Assembly (NCBI GenBank): GCA_024672275.1
Contig: GCA_024672275.1_4536.1
Reading direction: 5' to 3' (one strand)
DNA length: 64,000 nucleotides
Source: a phage
In this document: positions 32,710 to 41,735 of the stretch, piece by piece
Layout of the letters: the number at the start of each line of letters is the position of its first letter
Numbering within the stretch: the first letter of the stretch is position 1
Translations under genes and position numbers: made by a program
The notes under the pieces: model-generated
Told to the model about the DNA's origin: nothing
What the model saw: the letters and a program-made list of their open reading frames with translations, nothing else
The model's database searches: none

Positions 32710-33651
32710 TTAATAACCTCCTTCAAAAGGCTTTACTACATGTTGATTAGCTTTAAAACGTTCAACATAATCGTTTTCGCCCATGTTTTCATATAGCTTA
32801 GTAACAACATAAAAGTTTTCCCAAGCATATTCCCTAAACCAACCACTAGTGATGGATGTGCAGACTTTAGATAAAGCCATTATAAAACTTTGCTTAGGGG
32901 TTGGACCTCCGATCTCTCCACCGAAAGGAATTTGTGAACGTTCCAAAGCCAAAACACACGCTTCTTCATAAACACCTAACAGGCGCACATGTTTTGGTTG
33001 AGCAAAAAACTTTTCTTTGCTGGTCATAACTTCACTTCCATCTTTCATATAAGATTTATATGCCGGAGCATCCATTACCGCGATTGCTTCATGGATAGAA
33101 TCATGATCATAAACATACGGAACCTCATCACCTTTAAAAAAGTCTTTACTTTTTACGTTTAAGTTCGGATGAGAGTAAGTGTATGTTTCTTTCTCACGCA
33201 ACTCATAAATACTCTTAAGATTTTCTGGGATCTTTGCGCCCAGTGACCGCATGAAATGAATATCTTTCATAGTTTTAAAGAAGTGAGGACTATCCTTTTT
33301 AAAACGATGACTCATTTTAAGAAGGTAGAGCACATCTAAAGGAGCAACAACATGTCCAGCGTAAGTTCGACGAACATCATCAGAATCTTCACAATAACTA
33401 ATCAAAGCTTCTGTGCTATCTCCTTGAGAAGCAATATCGTATTCCAAATGTGCACCAGCTATCATTTTGACATGGCCTTTGTTTCCTTTACGTTCTACAA
33501 GTTCAACAAACTCATCTTGAGAGAACATTTTTGATAATTCTTCCCACTCTTGTTCTGTACACAGGTAATCTAAATCTACACAAGGGCGATACAAGTCTTT
33601 TCCCATGTCCATAGCATGAATTTGCAATGCACGGCTACCAATTAACACCAT
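32710..33651 (-). CDS. hypothetical protein (313 aa), weak nucleotidyltransferase-like N-terminus
   Basis: RBS AGAGGAG + ATG; N-terminal GS...(19)...DLD pattern reminiscent of Pol-beta-type NTases (weak). Confidence 0.55.
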   Translation of the reverse strand: MVLIGSRALQIHAMDMGKDLYRPCVDLDYLCTEQEWEELSKMFSQDEFVELVERKGNKGHVKMIAGAHLEYDIASQGDSTEALISYCEDSDDVRRTYAGHVVAPLDVLYLLKMSHRFKKDSPHFFKTMKDIHFMRSLGAKIPENLKSIYELREKETYTYSHPNLNVKSKDFFKGDEVPYVYDHDSIHEAIAVMDAPAYKSYMKDGSEVMTSKEKFFAQPKHVRLLGVYEEACVLALERSQIPFGGEIGGPTPKQSFIMALSKVCTSITSGWFREYAWENFYVVTKLYENMGENDYVERFKANQHVVKPFEGGY

Positions 33652-33681
33652 AATATTTCTCCTCTATTGGTTGATAGGTTA

Positions 33682-33710
33682 AGTTTATCAAGCTTCCAGA
33701 TTCCTGTCAA
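33682..33710 (-). promoter_or_regulatory. sigma70-type promoter (- strand)
   Basis: On - strand TTGACA, N17, TAAACT immediately after terminator hairpin and upstream of ATG 33651. Confidence 0.5.
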
Positions 33711-33711
33711 T

Positions 33712-33737
33712 AAAAAACCCGCCGAAGCGGGTTATTA
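33712..33737 (-). terminator. rho-independent terminator (UUCG tetraloop)
   Basis: - strand AACCCGC-UUCG-GCGGGUU followed by UUUUUAUU. Confidence 0.65.
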
Positions 33738-33741
33738 TTTA

Positions 33742-34014
33742 CTAACACATTGAGGAAGAAGAGATCCAAACACCTCTTGTGGTTAAACCATTTTCATCCA
33801 ACTCTACACCATAATCTTCACAAATGAAATCAATATAGTGATCTGCGGCTGGCGTTCCTGTAGGGTAATAAGTTTCTCCGTTACCGTAGTCACCTATCCA
33901 AGCTTGTTCCTGAAACTGTTCACAAAGTTCTTCAATCTCCTTACGAAACTTTCTTTGTGCTTGTTCCATCTCTTTAACTTTCTTTTTTATCAGCAGTTCG
34001 CCTTCAGACTCCAC
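33742..34014 (-). CDS. small acidic protein, C-terminal W-x-SSS-x-C family (90 aa)
   Basis: RBS AAGGAGAG + GTG start; C-terminus GVWISSSSMC. Confidence 0.5.
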   Translation of the reverse strand: MESEGELLIKKKVKEMEQAQRKFRKEIEELCEQFQEQAWIGDYGNGETYYPTGTPAADHYIDFICEDYGVELDENGLTTRGVWISSSSMC

Positions 34015-34023
34015 AATCTCTCC

Positions 34024-34242
34024 TTAACAGCTACTACTGTGCCAAACGCCTTGAGAATTAACGACGAAACCATCATCACCTTCACCATAACAAGAAGAGG
34101 ATTGCCAATCTTCAAAACAGATTGCGTCATTTTCTAAACTAAGACCAAAACCAGCATCTTCAGCTTCTTTTGTAAGTTCGTCCACTAAAGCCATAATAGC
34201 TTGGGCTTTTTCAGTTAATTCTTCAACATTACGATCACTCAT
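34024..34242 (-). CDS. small acidic protein, C-terminal W-x-SSS-C family (72 aa)
   Basis: Internal ATG 34242 with RBS AGAGGAGAAA; C-terminus GVWHSSSC. Confidence 0.5.
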   Translation of the reverse strand: MSDRNVEELTEKAQAIMALVDELTKEAEDAGFGLSLENDAICFEDWQSSSCYGEGDDGFVVNSQGVWHSSSC

Positions 34243-34517
34243 TAGTATTTCTCCTCTGGTTGGAAAACTGAACGACAAGCCCACATACTAGCTTCTTTTA
34301 AATGTTTAATAGCACAACGGATTTGATCAATACGTTCGTATGCAAAATCTAATTCTTTCTCTGTGCCGTCAAAAGACCCATGATATGCTTCACAATACTC
34401 TTCCTCTAAAGCTTTGAAGATTAAACCTAAACGCTCTTCTGCATCTTTAATAGCGTTAACCTTGCCAATCTTATCGTCAGTATGCGCCTTATAACCTTTG
34501 ATATCTTCGATTCCCAC
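34242..34517 (-). CDS. hypothetical acidic protein (91 aa)
   Basis: GTG 34517 with RBS TAGGAGG preferred over track ATG 34556. Confidence 0.45.
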   Translation of the reverse strand: MGIEDIKGYKAHTDDKIGKVNAIKDAEERLGLIFKALEEEYCEAYHGSFDGTEKELDFAYERIDQIRCAIKHLKEASMWACRSVFQPEEKY

Positions 34518-34528
34518 TTTACCTCCTA

Positions 34529-34726
34529 TTAACAACTTAAAGAAGATGGATGCCAATTTGTTCCAGTATTCTCATTTTCATCTTCTGGATCATAATAACC
34601 ACCCATCCCATATTCAGGGGAGAAACGGAAACCTTTACCAGTCTCATCTGCTAACTGCTCTGCTTCCGCTAAAGCCTCATAAGCTGCTTTTACGGCTTCT
34701 TCTACTGTTTTAAACTTGGTCGTCAT
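34529..34726 (-). CDS. small acidic protein, C-terminal W-x-SS-x-SC family (65 aa)
   Basis: RBS AGGAGAGGAGAAA + ATG; C-terminus NWHPSSLSC. Confidence 0.5.
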   Translation of the reverse strand: MTTKFKTVEEAVKAAYEALAEAEQLADETGKGFRFSPEYGMGGYYDPEDENENTGTNWHPSSLSC

Positions 34727-35000
34727 AAAATTTCTCCTCTCCTAAAGACATGTTGACATGAAATGCACGATATGTAAATTCGTTGTCCGTTGTGTTTGAA
34801 TAAAACTCAAATTGAACAACACCATCTTGAGAAGACAGATACATGCCAATTTGAACTGTTCCTTCTGGTACCAGGTAAGCATACTCTGGACGTAGTGTTA
34901 CATTGTAAAAATAAAGTTCCCCAACACCCATTTCATCCCAAGCTTCCCAAGCGGTAACGAAGTTACTTTCAAAACTTGTTACTGATCTGAACTCTGCCAT
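34710..35000 (-). CDS. hypothetical protein (96 aa)
   Basis: RBS GAGGAGG + ATG; ORF track. Confidence 0.55.
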   Translation of the reverse strand: MAEFRSVTSFESNFVTAWEAWDEMGVGELYFYNVTLRPEYAYLVPEGTVQIGMYLSSQDGVVQFEFYSNTTDNEFTYRAFHVNMSLGEEKFYDDQV

Positions 35001-35491
35001 AAAACCTCCTCAATCTTGTAGTTTGACTCCATCTCCAACACATTTCCACGAACGTCTCTCCGAAGAAAGGCATAAGCTTTATTAGGTATTGTAGACTCAT
35101 ATTTAACCATATCTGGCACAGCAAAAGATACTACTACTCCTGCTGGGCTTCTGTCAAGAGCCTTATTAATATTTCTAAGGATATCGTTAGCCAAGATTTC
35201 TGCCAATTCTCCAAGAACAGTTTCGGTTATATCTTTATATCCCATTAAGTATTTGTTGATATCTTTCATCTCTGTATTGTTCAGAGTATAGTCCAAAGGA
35301 TAGAAATTCAAAGCGGAGTCACTTTTATGTGTCCACATGAAATGCACCCGATCAGAGCAGAATCGTAACCCTCTATGAAGAATATCTTCTACAACAGGGA
35401 GAATTTCTTTTGTCACATCATTAACCATGTTGTAATCTAAGATTTCTGCCAAGTTTGTTCTTTGTTCACCACGTTTACGTTTAGGAATCAC
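34979..35491 (-). CDS. hypothetical protein (170 aa)
   Basis: GTG start, weak RBS; ORF track. Confidence 0.5.
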   Translation of the reverse strand: MIPKRKRGEQRTNLAEILDYNMVNDVTKEILPVVEDILHRGLRFCSDRVHFMWTHKSDSALNFYPLDYTLNNTEMKDINKYLMGYKDITETVLGELAEILANDILRNINKALDRSPAGVVVSFAVPDMVKYESTIPNKAYAFLRRDVRGNVLEMESNYKIEEVLWQSSDQ

Positions 35492-36062
35492 TTGTTATTG
35501 CCCTCATTACCAAAGGTCGTAGAAAATCGTAAATCTCTTGTTTTGTTTTCCCACGAATGTTTAAACAAGGAACATTATTGGCTTTAGCTATCTTCCAAGC
35601 CGTAGCTGTTCCACCTTTTGCATCTCCATGTTTATCAGTATTAGCACAAGCCAACAAGAAACAGGATGGAGCAGGATTTTCCAAATCTCTACCTAACACT
35701 TGATGCACATTACGTTGGTGCAATTTTCTAGCACCCTGCTTAAGCTTTTCATAGGCTGGGTGAACATCTTTGATCCATTGCACAGAGATAGCATAGTTCA
35801 TTGTATCTGGTTTTGCAAGAACAATAACATCCCCTGGAATCTGATTACCTTTGAAATTTTCCCAAGGAACATAAATCTCCTTGTTAGTAGGATTTTCAGA
35901 CTCTTGGACACCTGTTTCAAAAGCAGAATCACTACCCTCTGCCTTCCCAGACCTTAATTTAAACCCAAGGTTTGAAAGCCATTTCCCTATGCCTACCATC
36001 AAAGCCCACTCTTCTTCGGATATATCTCTACTTCCAACTCCCGTATAGAACAGTTCTGCCAT
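35481..36062 (-). CDS. Rossmann-fold DprA/SLOG-like nucleotide-binding protein (193 aa)
   Basis: Internal ATG 36062 with RBS GAGGTG; GVGSRD ... SGKAEGSDSA pattern resembles DprA/SLOG motifs (weak). Confidence 0.35.
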   Translation of the reverse strand: MAELFYTGVGSRDISEEEWALMVGIGKWLSNLGFKLRSGKAEGSDSAFETGVQESENPTNKEIYVPWENFKGNQIPGDVIVLAKPDTMNYAISVQWIKDVHPAYEKLKQGARKLHQRNVHQVLGRDLENPAPSCFLLACANTDKHGDAKGGTATAWKIAKANNVPCLNIRGKTKQEIYDFLRPLVMRAITSDS

Positions 36063-36069
36063 AATCACC

Positions 36070-36378
36070 TCAACAAGTAATTTCAAAAGGTGTATAGGGT
36101 TCCGTATTTCTCATGATCCAAGGACTGCTAGGATTGCTCGGATCATAAGGACCAAAAGGTTTTATGGTAGGTTGTGTTTCTTTCTTCTGAATCTCTTCAA
36201 AAATACGACGAAGTTCAGAATATTCTTGATCCACCATAAGATTCGGTGCATCTGATTCTACAGCTTGCAGGTTATCTTCCTTAAGAACAATCTCACGAAC
36301 AAGATTAACATCTTCTGTTTCTAAGATAACTTCTTTACGGATATTGCCTACACTTTGAATAATTGTAACCTTATACAT
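36070..36378 (-). CDS. hypothetical protein (102 aa)
   Basis: RBS GAGGAGG + ATG; ORF track. Confidence 0.55.
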   Translation of the reverse strand: MYKVTIIQSVGNIRKEVILETEDVNLVREIVLKEDNLQAVESDAPNLMVDQEYSELRRIFEEIQKKETQPTIKPFGPYDPSNPSSPWIMRNTEPYTPFEITC

Positions 36379-37121
36379 TAATCCTCCTCAAGAGTTGAAT
36401 AAAATTGAAGACCACCGTCCATATCGAAATAAGCAAATGTTAAGTTATTATTGAACACAGATCCAGTATCCATATAAACACGATTCGCATTGATAATAGG
36501 TGTTTTTACATAAGAGTGTCCATGAAACACATAATCCACACCCATCACAACAGGAAGTTTCATTCCCTCTTTAGCACAATCCACCATATCTCTGTCCCAC
36601 ATAAGTGCTTCAGCAAAACGGTTTTCCTGTGTTTTTGTCATCTTCGAAGTGTATTCTGGAATATCTGTTACAGGGAGATATTCCAAAGAAGACGGATACC
36701 CACCATGAATAAACGCAAGTTTCATGCCTCTGTAGTTAACAATGAGAACAACAGGTAAATCTTCTGTCATCATTGCTAAGGCTGTAGCTCCTTCTTCACC
36801 ACATTCTTCAAGGACCGTATATCCTCCATTTTGATACCAACACTCGAAGTAGCTACGATCTCCTTCCAGCATACCTTTAATCATCATGTCTTCATGATTT
36901 CCACGAATAGCGTAGCGATTGTGTTTACGAGTAAATTCTAAAACACAACGAAAGTTTTGCTTTCCACGGTCAGTAAGATCTCCTAAAGATACAACTACAT
37001 CTGTATCTCGGATACCTAACTTTGCCTTTCCTTTTTCATACAAATTATAACAACCGTGTAGATCTCCAATTATAAAAAGATCTTGATCGCTTTTAACAGT
37101 AATTTCTCTGTGTATGATCAC
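36378..37121 (-). CDS. Ser/Thr protein phosphatase (calcineurin-like metallophosphatase), 247 aa
   Basis: PPP-family motifs GDLHG, GDLTDRG, GNHE; GTG start with RBS GAGGAGG. Confidence 0.75.
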   Translation of the reverse strand: MIIHREITVKSDQDLFIIGDLHGCYNLYEKGKAKLGIRDTDVVVSLGDLTDRGKQNFRCVLEFTRKHNRYAIRGNHEDMMIKGMLEGDRSYFECWYQNGGYTVLEECGEEGATALAMMTEDLPVVLIVNYRGMKLAFIHGGYPSSLEYLPVTDIPEYTSKMTKTQENRFAEALMWDRDMVDCAKEGMKLPVVMGVDYVFHGHSYVKTPIINANRVYMDTGSVFNNNLTFAYFDMDGGLQFYSTLEED

Positions 37122-37447
37122 TTATCCTCCTCAAAATCTAAGAAAATAAAAATATTCACCTTTCCTTCAATCTCTTGTTCTAAAACAAGATCGGCAAATT
37201 CTGCATAAGCTTTCTCTTCAACTTTTTCAATATGTTCTGCGGCATCTTTAAAAGGTGTATCCCCATCCACCTTTACTAATAAGAAAAGAGATCGCATTTC
37301 GACGCTTTTACTGTTACGAGGAAGGAAATCTACAGCTTCAACAATTCTCCAACCCAAATAGCCAGGGGTTTTATGAATCTCCCCTAAATACTTTTCTAAG
37401 ATTTTACGACCCTCGTCGATAAGGGCTTGTTCTGTAGTAATTTCCAT
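37118..37447 (-). CDS. hypothetical protein (109 aa)
   Basis: RBS GAGGAGGAAGG + ATG; ORF track. Confidence 0.55.
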   Translation of the reverse strand: MEITTEQALIDEGRKILEKYLGEIHKTPGYLGWRIVEAVDFLPRNSKSVEMRSLFLLVKVDGDTPFKDAAEHIEKVEEKAYAEFADLVLEQEIEGKVNIFIFLDFEEDK

Positions 37448-37457
37448 TCCTTCCTCC

Positions 37458-38030
37458 TCAAATTATTAACGAAACCGCATGACTAAATCTTGGTTCAGAT
37501 ATAACCTCTGCTACAGTCACATATGTATCGTGCAGCCAAAAAGATTCTACTCTACAAACACAAATACCGTTGATAATGAAATCTACACAGGATTTATTAT
37601 TTTCGCACACTTGTTGACTATAAACAACCCCTAAAGAGTCATAAAGTGATCTCACTGTTGCTACCATCTCATCTGTTTCGTCTTCCTGTGAAACAAAGAA
37701 AACGAATACAGACAAGTTATTAGCGAAAGTATTGCTATTCTCTACTTCAACCGACTTACAAGGTAAAAAGGAGTAATATTTACCGTTAGGTATCAATTTC
37801 GCCTCAACCTGGTTAAGTATGCTTTGAGATGGTTTTGTTACATAAAAAAGATTTTCTGTTGGGTTTTCAACATTGCTCCTTACTATGCAACGAGTGGGGT
37901 TCGAAGGATCAAAAACATGATCGAAATCGACACACACAGGTAAGTTAACAACTTTAAACTTTTTGCTAAGAATGCTTACTGCTGTAAAAATCAAACCAGC
38001 ATTTATTTTGCCAGTGAAAGTTGAACGCAT
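37458..38030 (-). CDS. hypothetical protein (190 aa)
   Basis: Internal ATG 38030 with RBS CGAGGAG. Confidence 0.5.
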   Translation of the reverse strand: MRSTFTGKINAGLIFTAVSILSKKFKVVNLPVCVDFDHVFDPSNPTRCIVRSNVENPTENLFYVTKPSQSILNQVEAKLIPNGKYYSFLPCKSVEVENSNTFANNLSVFVFFVSQEDETDEMVATVRSLYDSLGVVYSQQVCENNKSCVDFIINGICVCRVESFWLHDTYVTVAEVISEPRFSHAVSLII

Positions 38031-38044
38031 AACTACTCCTCGGA

Positions 38045-38239
38045 TCATTCTACCAAAGAGAATTCCGCCTCTTCCAGGTAGATTACAGACCTTGTTGCAT
38101 GATATTTAACGCTCCAGAAATTACCTTCGCGCCGTAAAAGTATCTCATTCACATCAAGATTGCTTAGAAAAACCATATAACTTAAAGCTTGTTGACGCGT
38201 TGAGAATTGTTTCTCTAAAAGTTCTTCTCCGCTCTGCAT
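38045..38239 (-). CDS. hypothetical protein (64 aa)
   Basis: RBS AAGGAGGG + ATG; ORF track. Confidence 0.55.
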   Translation of the reverse strand: MQSGEELLEKQFSTRQQALSYMVFLSNLDVNEILLRREGNFWSVKYHATRSVIYLEEAEFSLVE

Positions 38240-38284
38240 AATCCCTCCTTAAAATACTCCCTCCGAAAAGGGAGTATAAGTATA

Positions 38285-38488
38285 TCACGTAGTTGTTATG
38301 TTGTCTTCTTGGATACTAGAATCCACTTCTGCAAACATATCTTCTGCACTGTAATTATTTCCAGTCCAGCGTGATAAAAGGATAGCAGCAATCTCTTTCG
38401 CATGAGATTCGGACTCTGCATAAACGTTAGTCCCAGTGTCACCTTTTTTCTTTTCATGTGCATAAATGCAGTAATAATTGTAAGCCAT
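38285..38488 (-). CDS. hypothetical protein (67 aa)
   Basis: ATG overlapping upstream stop (TAATG); ORF track. Confidence 0.5.
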   Translation of the reverse strand: MAYNYYCIYAHEKKKGDTGTNVYAESESHAKEIAAILLSRWTGNNYSAEDMFAEVDSSIQEDNITTT

Positions 38489-38724
38489 TAATCTTCCCAG
38501 TCATTGCCCTCGGTAGAGTGAACTAAAGCTCGCACGATACCACCGTAATCTACTGCCTGATTTGCAGCATGTTCGGCATAAACTTCAATGGCTTTTTTGA
38601 AGAAAAGAGCAGTAGCTGCTTCAATATTATCCATTTCGCCATCTACGTCAGTAGAAAGTGAAAGGTTGAGGCTTTCATCTACTTCATCAAAATCAATAGC
38701 CACTGTCATAATTAGTTTACCCAT
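38488..38724 (-). CDS. hypothetical acidic protein (78 aa)
   Basis: RBS TAAGGAG + ATG; ORF track. Confidence 0.55.
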   Translation of the reverse strand: MGKLIMTVAIDFDEVDESLNLSLSTDVDGEMDNIEAATALFFKKAIEVYAEHAANQAVDYGGIVRALVHSTEGNDWED

Positions 38725-38736
38725 AGTTCACACTCC

Positions 38737-39246
38737 TTAAACAAAATAAAATGGTTGAGAGAGGCCCAAACGATTCTTTGGGTCGTATACATACCAAGCG
38801 TATGCTGTCTTATCTGTTCCACCTGCAACAAACGAAGGCCGTTCTGAAAGGACTATAAGGTTTGTTGGTGGATTCTTTTGATGGAACTCTCGTCGTTTCT
38901 TTGACTCCAAGAAGCCCAACCGAAGAAGATAAATACAAACATCCGCCTCTTTTAAGCTCTTTTCCAAGAACTCCATTGCTAACTTAAATGGAGGATTTGT
39001 GATTATAATGTCGGGACGATTTTCCCATTCATGACTAAAATAATCTTTACCTTCTTCAAGTTCGCAATATTCTGAACCTTCAGGAAAATGGCGATAAATC
39101 GCTTCAGCTTCACCTCTGCAAGGTTCTGCAAAAACCCAACCTTCTTCCTTTAGATTTTTGAAATCTATAACACTAAACAAACTATTGATTGCTTTTTGCG
39201 GTGTCGGATAATAATCGCTCGTTGGGCGATCATAATCTAATGCCAT
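38737..39246 (-). CDS. small methyltransferase-like protein with NPPF motif (169 aa)
   Basis: TNPPF resembles N6-adenine/amino-MTase motif IV (D/N-PP-Y/F); RBS AGAGGAG. Confidence 0.35.
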   Translation of the reverse strand: MALDYDRPTSDYYPTPQKAINSLFSVIDFKNLKEEGWVFAEPCRGEAEAIYRHFPEGSEYCELEEGKDYFSHEWENRPDIIITNPPFKLAMEFLEKSLKEADVCIYLLRLGFLESKKRREFHQKNPPTNLIVLSERPSFVAGGTDKTAYAWYVYDPKNRLGLSQPFYFV

Positions 39247-39664
39247 CTAAAATCTCCTCTTTTGTAATATTATCCAACTCTTTAAAGGATGAAATCTCGT
39301 TTAATAATCCTATTTGATCAGCTTCTAGAGGATAAGTGTTTTTATCTGTTTTTCTAGACAGAATATCTTCAACAAACTTATCAATAGCCAAAGAAGAATC
39401 ATAAAATTTTAAAAGTTGGTAATCCATAGGAGATATTTTGTCATCTCTTAGAAATATTTCTAACATGTTTTCAGGAGTGTCATGGTTTAGTTTATGTTCA
39501 CCAAAAATATTAACTTCATAAACATCTTTGCCAAACCAACGTTTCTTCTTTTCAACAGTATAGGTTTTTGCCACCAGACCATCTAAACAGTTTCTTGCCC
39601 TCTTACATGTTTGACGGTAAGAGTGGATAGCGCCTTCAACAAACTTAGCAGGAACTTGTAACAT
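39230..39664 (-). CDS. hypothetical protein (144 aa)
   Basis: RBS ATAGGAGA + ATG; ORF track. Confidence 0.55.
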   Translation of the reverse strand: MLQVPAKFVEGAIHSYRQTCKRARNCLDGLVAKTYTVEKKKRWFGKDVYEVNIFGEHKLNHDTPENMLEIFLRDDKISPMDYQLLKFYDSSLAIDKFVEDILSRKTDKNTYPLEADQIGLLNEISSFKELDNITKEEILDGIRL

Positions 39665-39685
39665 TATTAATCTCCTATGTTTAAG

Positions 39686-39706
39686 AAATGCCCCCGAAGG
39701 GGCAGT
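39686..39706 (-). terminator. rho-independent terminator
   Basis: - strand UGCCCC-UUCG-GGGGCA followed by UUUCUUAAA. Confidence 0.6.
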
Positions 39707-39709
39707 TTG

Positions 39710-40402
39710 TTAAATAGCGGTTCCTTCGAAATCCGCCACATTTACGAGATTAATATTTTCAGATTTAGAAGTCAAGTTGTTTTCTGCAACAGATTTTTCT
39801 TCAGTATCCGCCTCGTTACCTGCCACGTTACGAGGTTCTTCTTCACCGTAGGGATTACCGAATTTCAAAAGATTGATCAATTCTTCTTTGGAGAAGTTTT
39901 CTAAATCATCATCTGTTAATTCAATAATCTCGTCTTGTTCTTCAATAAATGTTTCACCACCAGAAAAAGCATCTCGCTTTTTAGCTACTTCCATAGCCTG
40001 TTCTGGTGTTGCCCCTGCATCAAGAGCAGCTAAAGCAAAATCTGACCCACTCCCTACTGCATAATATTCTTCATCAATCGGATATGCACGTGTTGGGTTG
40101 TTACCTTCGTGCAGGAAAATACGTCCGTCTGGATGAACAACAAGTGCAATAAACTCTTCATCTTCTTTATCTGGATCAGAGTGAATCATCAAACCAGGGA
40201 CAGCATCACGTGCTGCTTCGCACTGTAGATTTTGTTCAAACCATTGAAAGAAAGAAAGCACGGAGGTCAGACGACCAGCACCACCTACAAGGTAATCTCC
40301 AATTTTTCGGACCTTTTTGAAATTAATAGAATCTACACGTCCACCAAAAGTTACCTTACCGTCACTCAAAATCTTATTTTTGGTTGCAATAATTGTCGTC
40401 AC
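39710..40402 (-). CDS. HslV/proteasome beta-like Ntn-hydrolase protein (230 aa)
   Basis: GTG start giving N-terminus (M)TTIIATKN with Thr after initiator, followed by GG.......KKVRK...GGAG pattern like HslV; RBS GGAGGAAGAA. Confidence 0.45.
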   Translation of the reverse strand: MTTIIATKNKILSDGKVTFGGRVDSINFKKVRKIGDYLVGGAGRLTSVLSFFQWFEQNLQCEAARDAVPGLMIHSDPDKEDEEFIALVVHPDGRIFLHEGNNPTRAYPIDEEYYAVGSGSDFALAALDAGATPEQAMEVAKKRDAFSGGETFIEEQDEIIELTDDDLENFSKEELINLLKFGNPYGEEEPRNVAGNEADTEEKSVAENNLTSKSENINLVNVADFEGTAI

Positions 40403-40905
40403 TATTCTTCCTCCTCTGTTAATGTTTTAAGAACCGCTTTCCCGCCATTCACGTATTTGCAGATGTATTCTATCGCACGTAGCGTCTCTTTGTCAACAAA
40501 AATTTGATCAGACGTTGCGAGCGGGTTATTAAGAAGATCACTGCAATCACGAACAAGCAGTGCTTTCTTATTAAACAAATTACTTAAGAACAGTAACTTC
40601 GCCTCTTCTTCTGTTATGTGCAGAAGGCTAGGATCGGAGCCAGCTATTCCTATTATACAATCAAACAAGCTTTCTTTACTATCAGAAAGTTCTTGAAAAT
40701 GGTTTAAAAGCCAATCTTCTCCTAGACACCAACATTTAAACATTTCCAGTTTATCTCGGAGGGTCATATTCTCTAAAGTAAGAGCAATCTCTTTTTCAAT
40801 ATGGTTTACACAAATTTGACGAAATTCGTTAGGTTTTACGAGTCCCGTTTGATAGCACTCATCTATACCGCTTCTTCCGATAGCTATTGTTGCTACACCC
40901 ATCAA
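40402..40905 (-). CDS. hypothetical protein (167 aa)
   Basis: RBS AAGGAGG + ATG; ORF track. Confidence 0.55.
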   Translation of the reverse strand: MMGVATIAIGRSGIDECYQTGLVKPNEFRQICVNHIEKEIALTLENMTLRDKLEMFKCWCLGEDWLLNHFQELSDSKESLFDCIIGIAGSDPSLLHITEEEAKLLFLSNLFNKKALLVRDCSDLLNNPLATSDQIFVDKETLRAIEYICKYVNGGKAVLKTLTEEEE

Positions 40906-40937
40906 TCCTCCTTATAAATGGCTTCCCTGCCATGTTA

Positions 40938-41696
40938 TTAAATAAACACTTCAGTAATCAGTTTAGACAAACGTCCACGTTTATTATCGTCCGTTGTCAG
41001 TTCAACGTATCCAATAAAATCTACAATTGGCTCACGAACACCTTCTTCATTTTCTGGATATAAAAGTTCCAAAATTTGATGCAGACCATTGCTACGTTTT
41101 TTAATTGCATATGTCTGGCGAACATCGCCTAATACAATAACATGCGTATTAATACCTGCACGTTCAATAAGAAGTTTAAGTGTTTCTGTTGACATAAGTT
41201 GTGCTTCGTCAATAATGACGATTGTATTATCCAGGGTAGCCCCTAACAAATAGTTAGGAATATTCAATTCGATCTTACCTGATCCAATATCGTTTTCCAA
41301 TTTGTTGGCTGTCATGAATTGCTGGAAAATACGTTTTGTAGATTCATAGTGTGCTGCTAGTTTATCTGTTTTATCCCCCGACAAGAAACCAATCTGATCA
41401 TCTCCGACTTCAGTAGGGTTCTTGATAAAAAGTAGTTTACGGAAGTCTCCTGAACGAAGCATCTGCAAAGCTTTCCATAAAGCAACAGAGGTTTTACCAG
41501 TCCCTGCCGGAGCATTTACAACAGTCAGATCATTCCAAATCATGCTTTGAACAATCTTATTTTGGTCCCCTTCAGGCATAAATTCATCTAAACGGTAATC
41601 GTCATTACCTACCGCTTTTGCTGCATAACGGCTTTCAATCTTTGCTGAATTAGCCAGTTTCTGCCGTTGTGTTTTAGCTGCGGTTTTATTTCCCAT
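40938..41696 (-). CDS. phoH: PhoH-like ATPase (252 aa)
   Basis: Walker A APAGTGKTSVAL, Walker B IIDEAQ, PhoH-like C-terminus; internal ATG 41696 with RBS AAAAGGAG just after hairpin. Confidence 0.8.
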   Translation of the reverse strand: MGNKTAAKTQRQKLANSAKIESRYAAKAVGNDDYRLDEFMPEGDQNKIVQSMIWNDLTVVNAPAGTGKTSVALWKALQMLRSGDFRKLLFIKNPTEVGDDQIGFLSGDKTDKLAAHYESTKRIFQQFMTANKLENDIGSGKIELNIPNYLLGATLDNTIVIIDEAQLMSTETLKLLIERAGINTHVIVLGDVRQTYAIKKRSNGLHQILELLYPENEEGVREPIVDFIGYVELTTDDNKRGRLSKLITEVFI

Positions 41697-41711
41697 AGTA
41701 GCACTCCTTTT

Positions 41712-41735
41712 AGAAGGGGCCGAAGCCCCTTTATT
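41712..41735 (-). promoter_or_regulatory. UUCG-tetraloop hairpin (family copy 2), terminator/processing site
   Basis: Identical AAGGGGC-TTCG-GCCCCTT between lysozyme stop (41734) and phoH RBS; weak U-tract, so may be attenuator or stability element. Confidence 0.5.
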
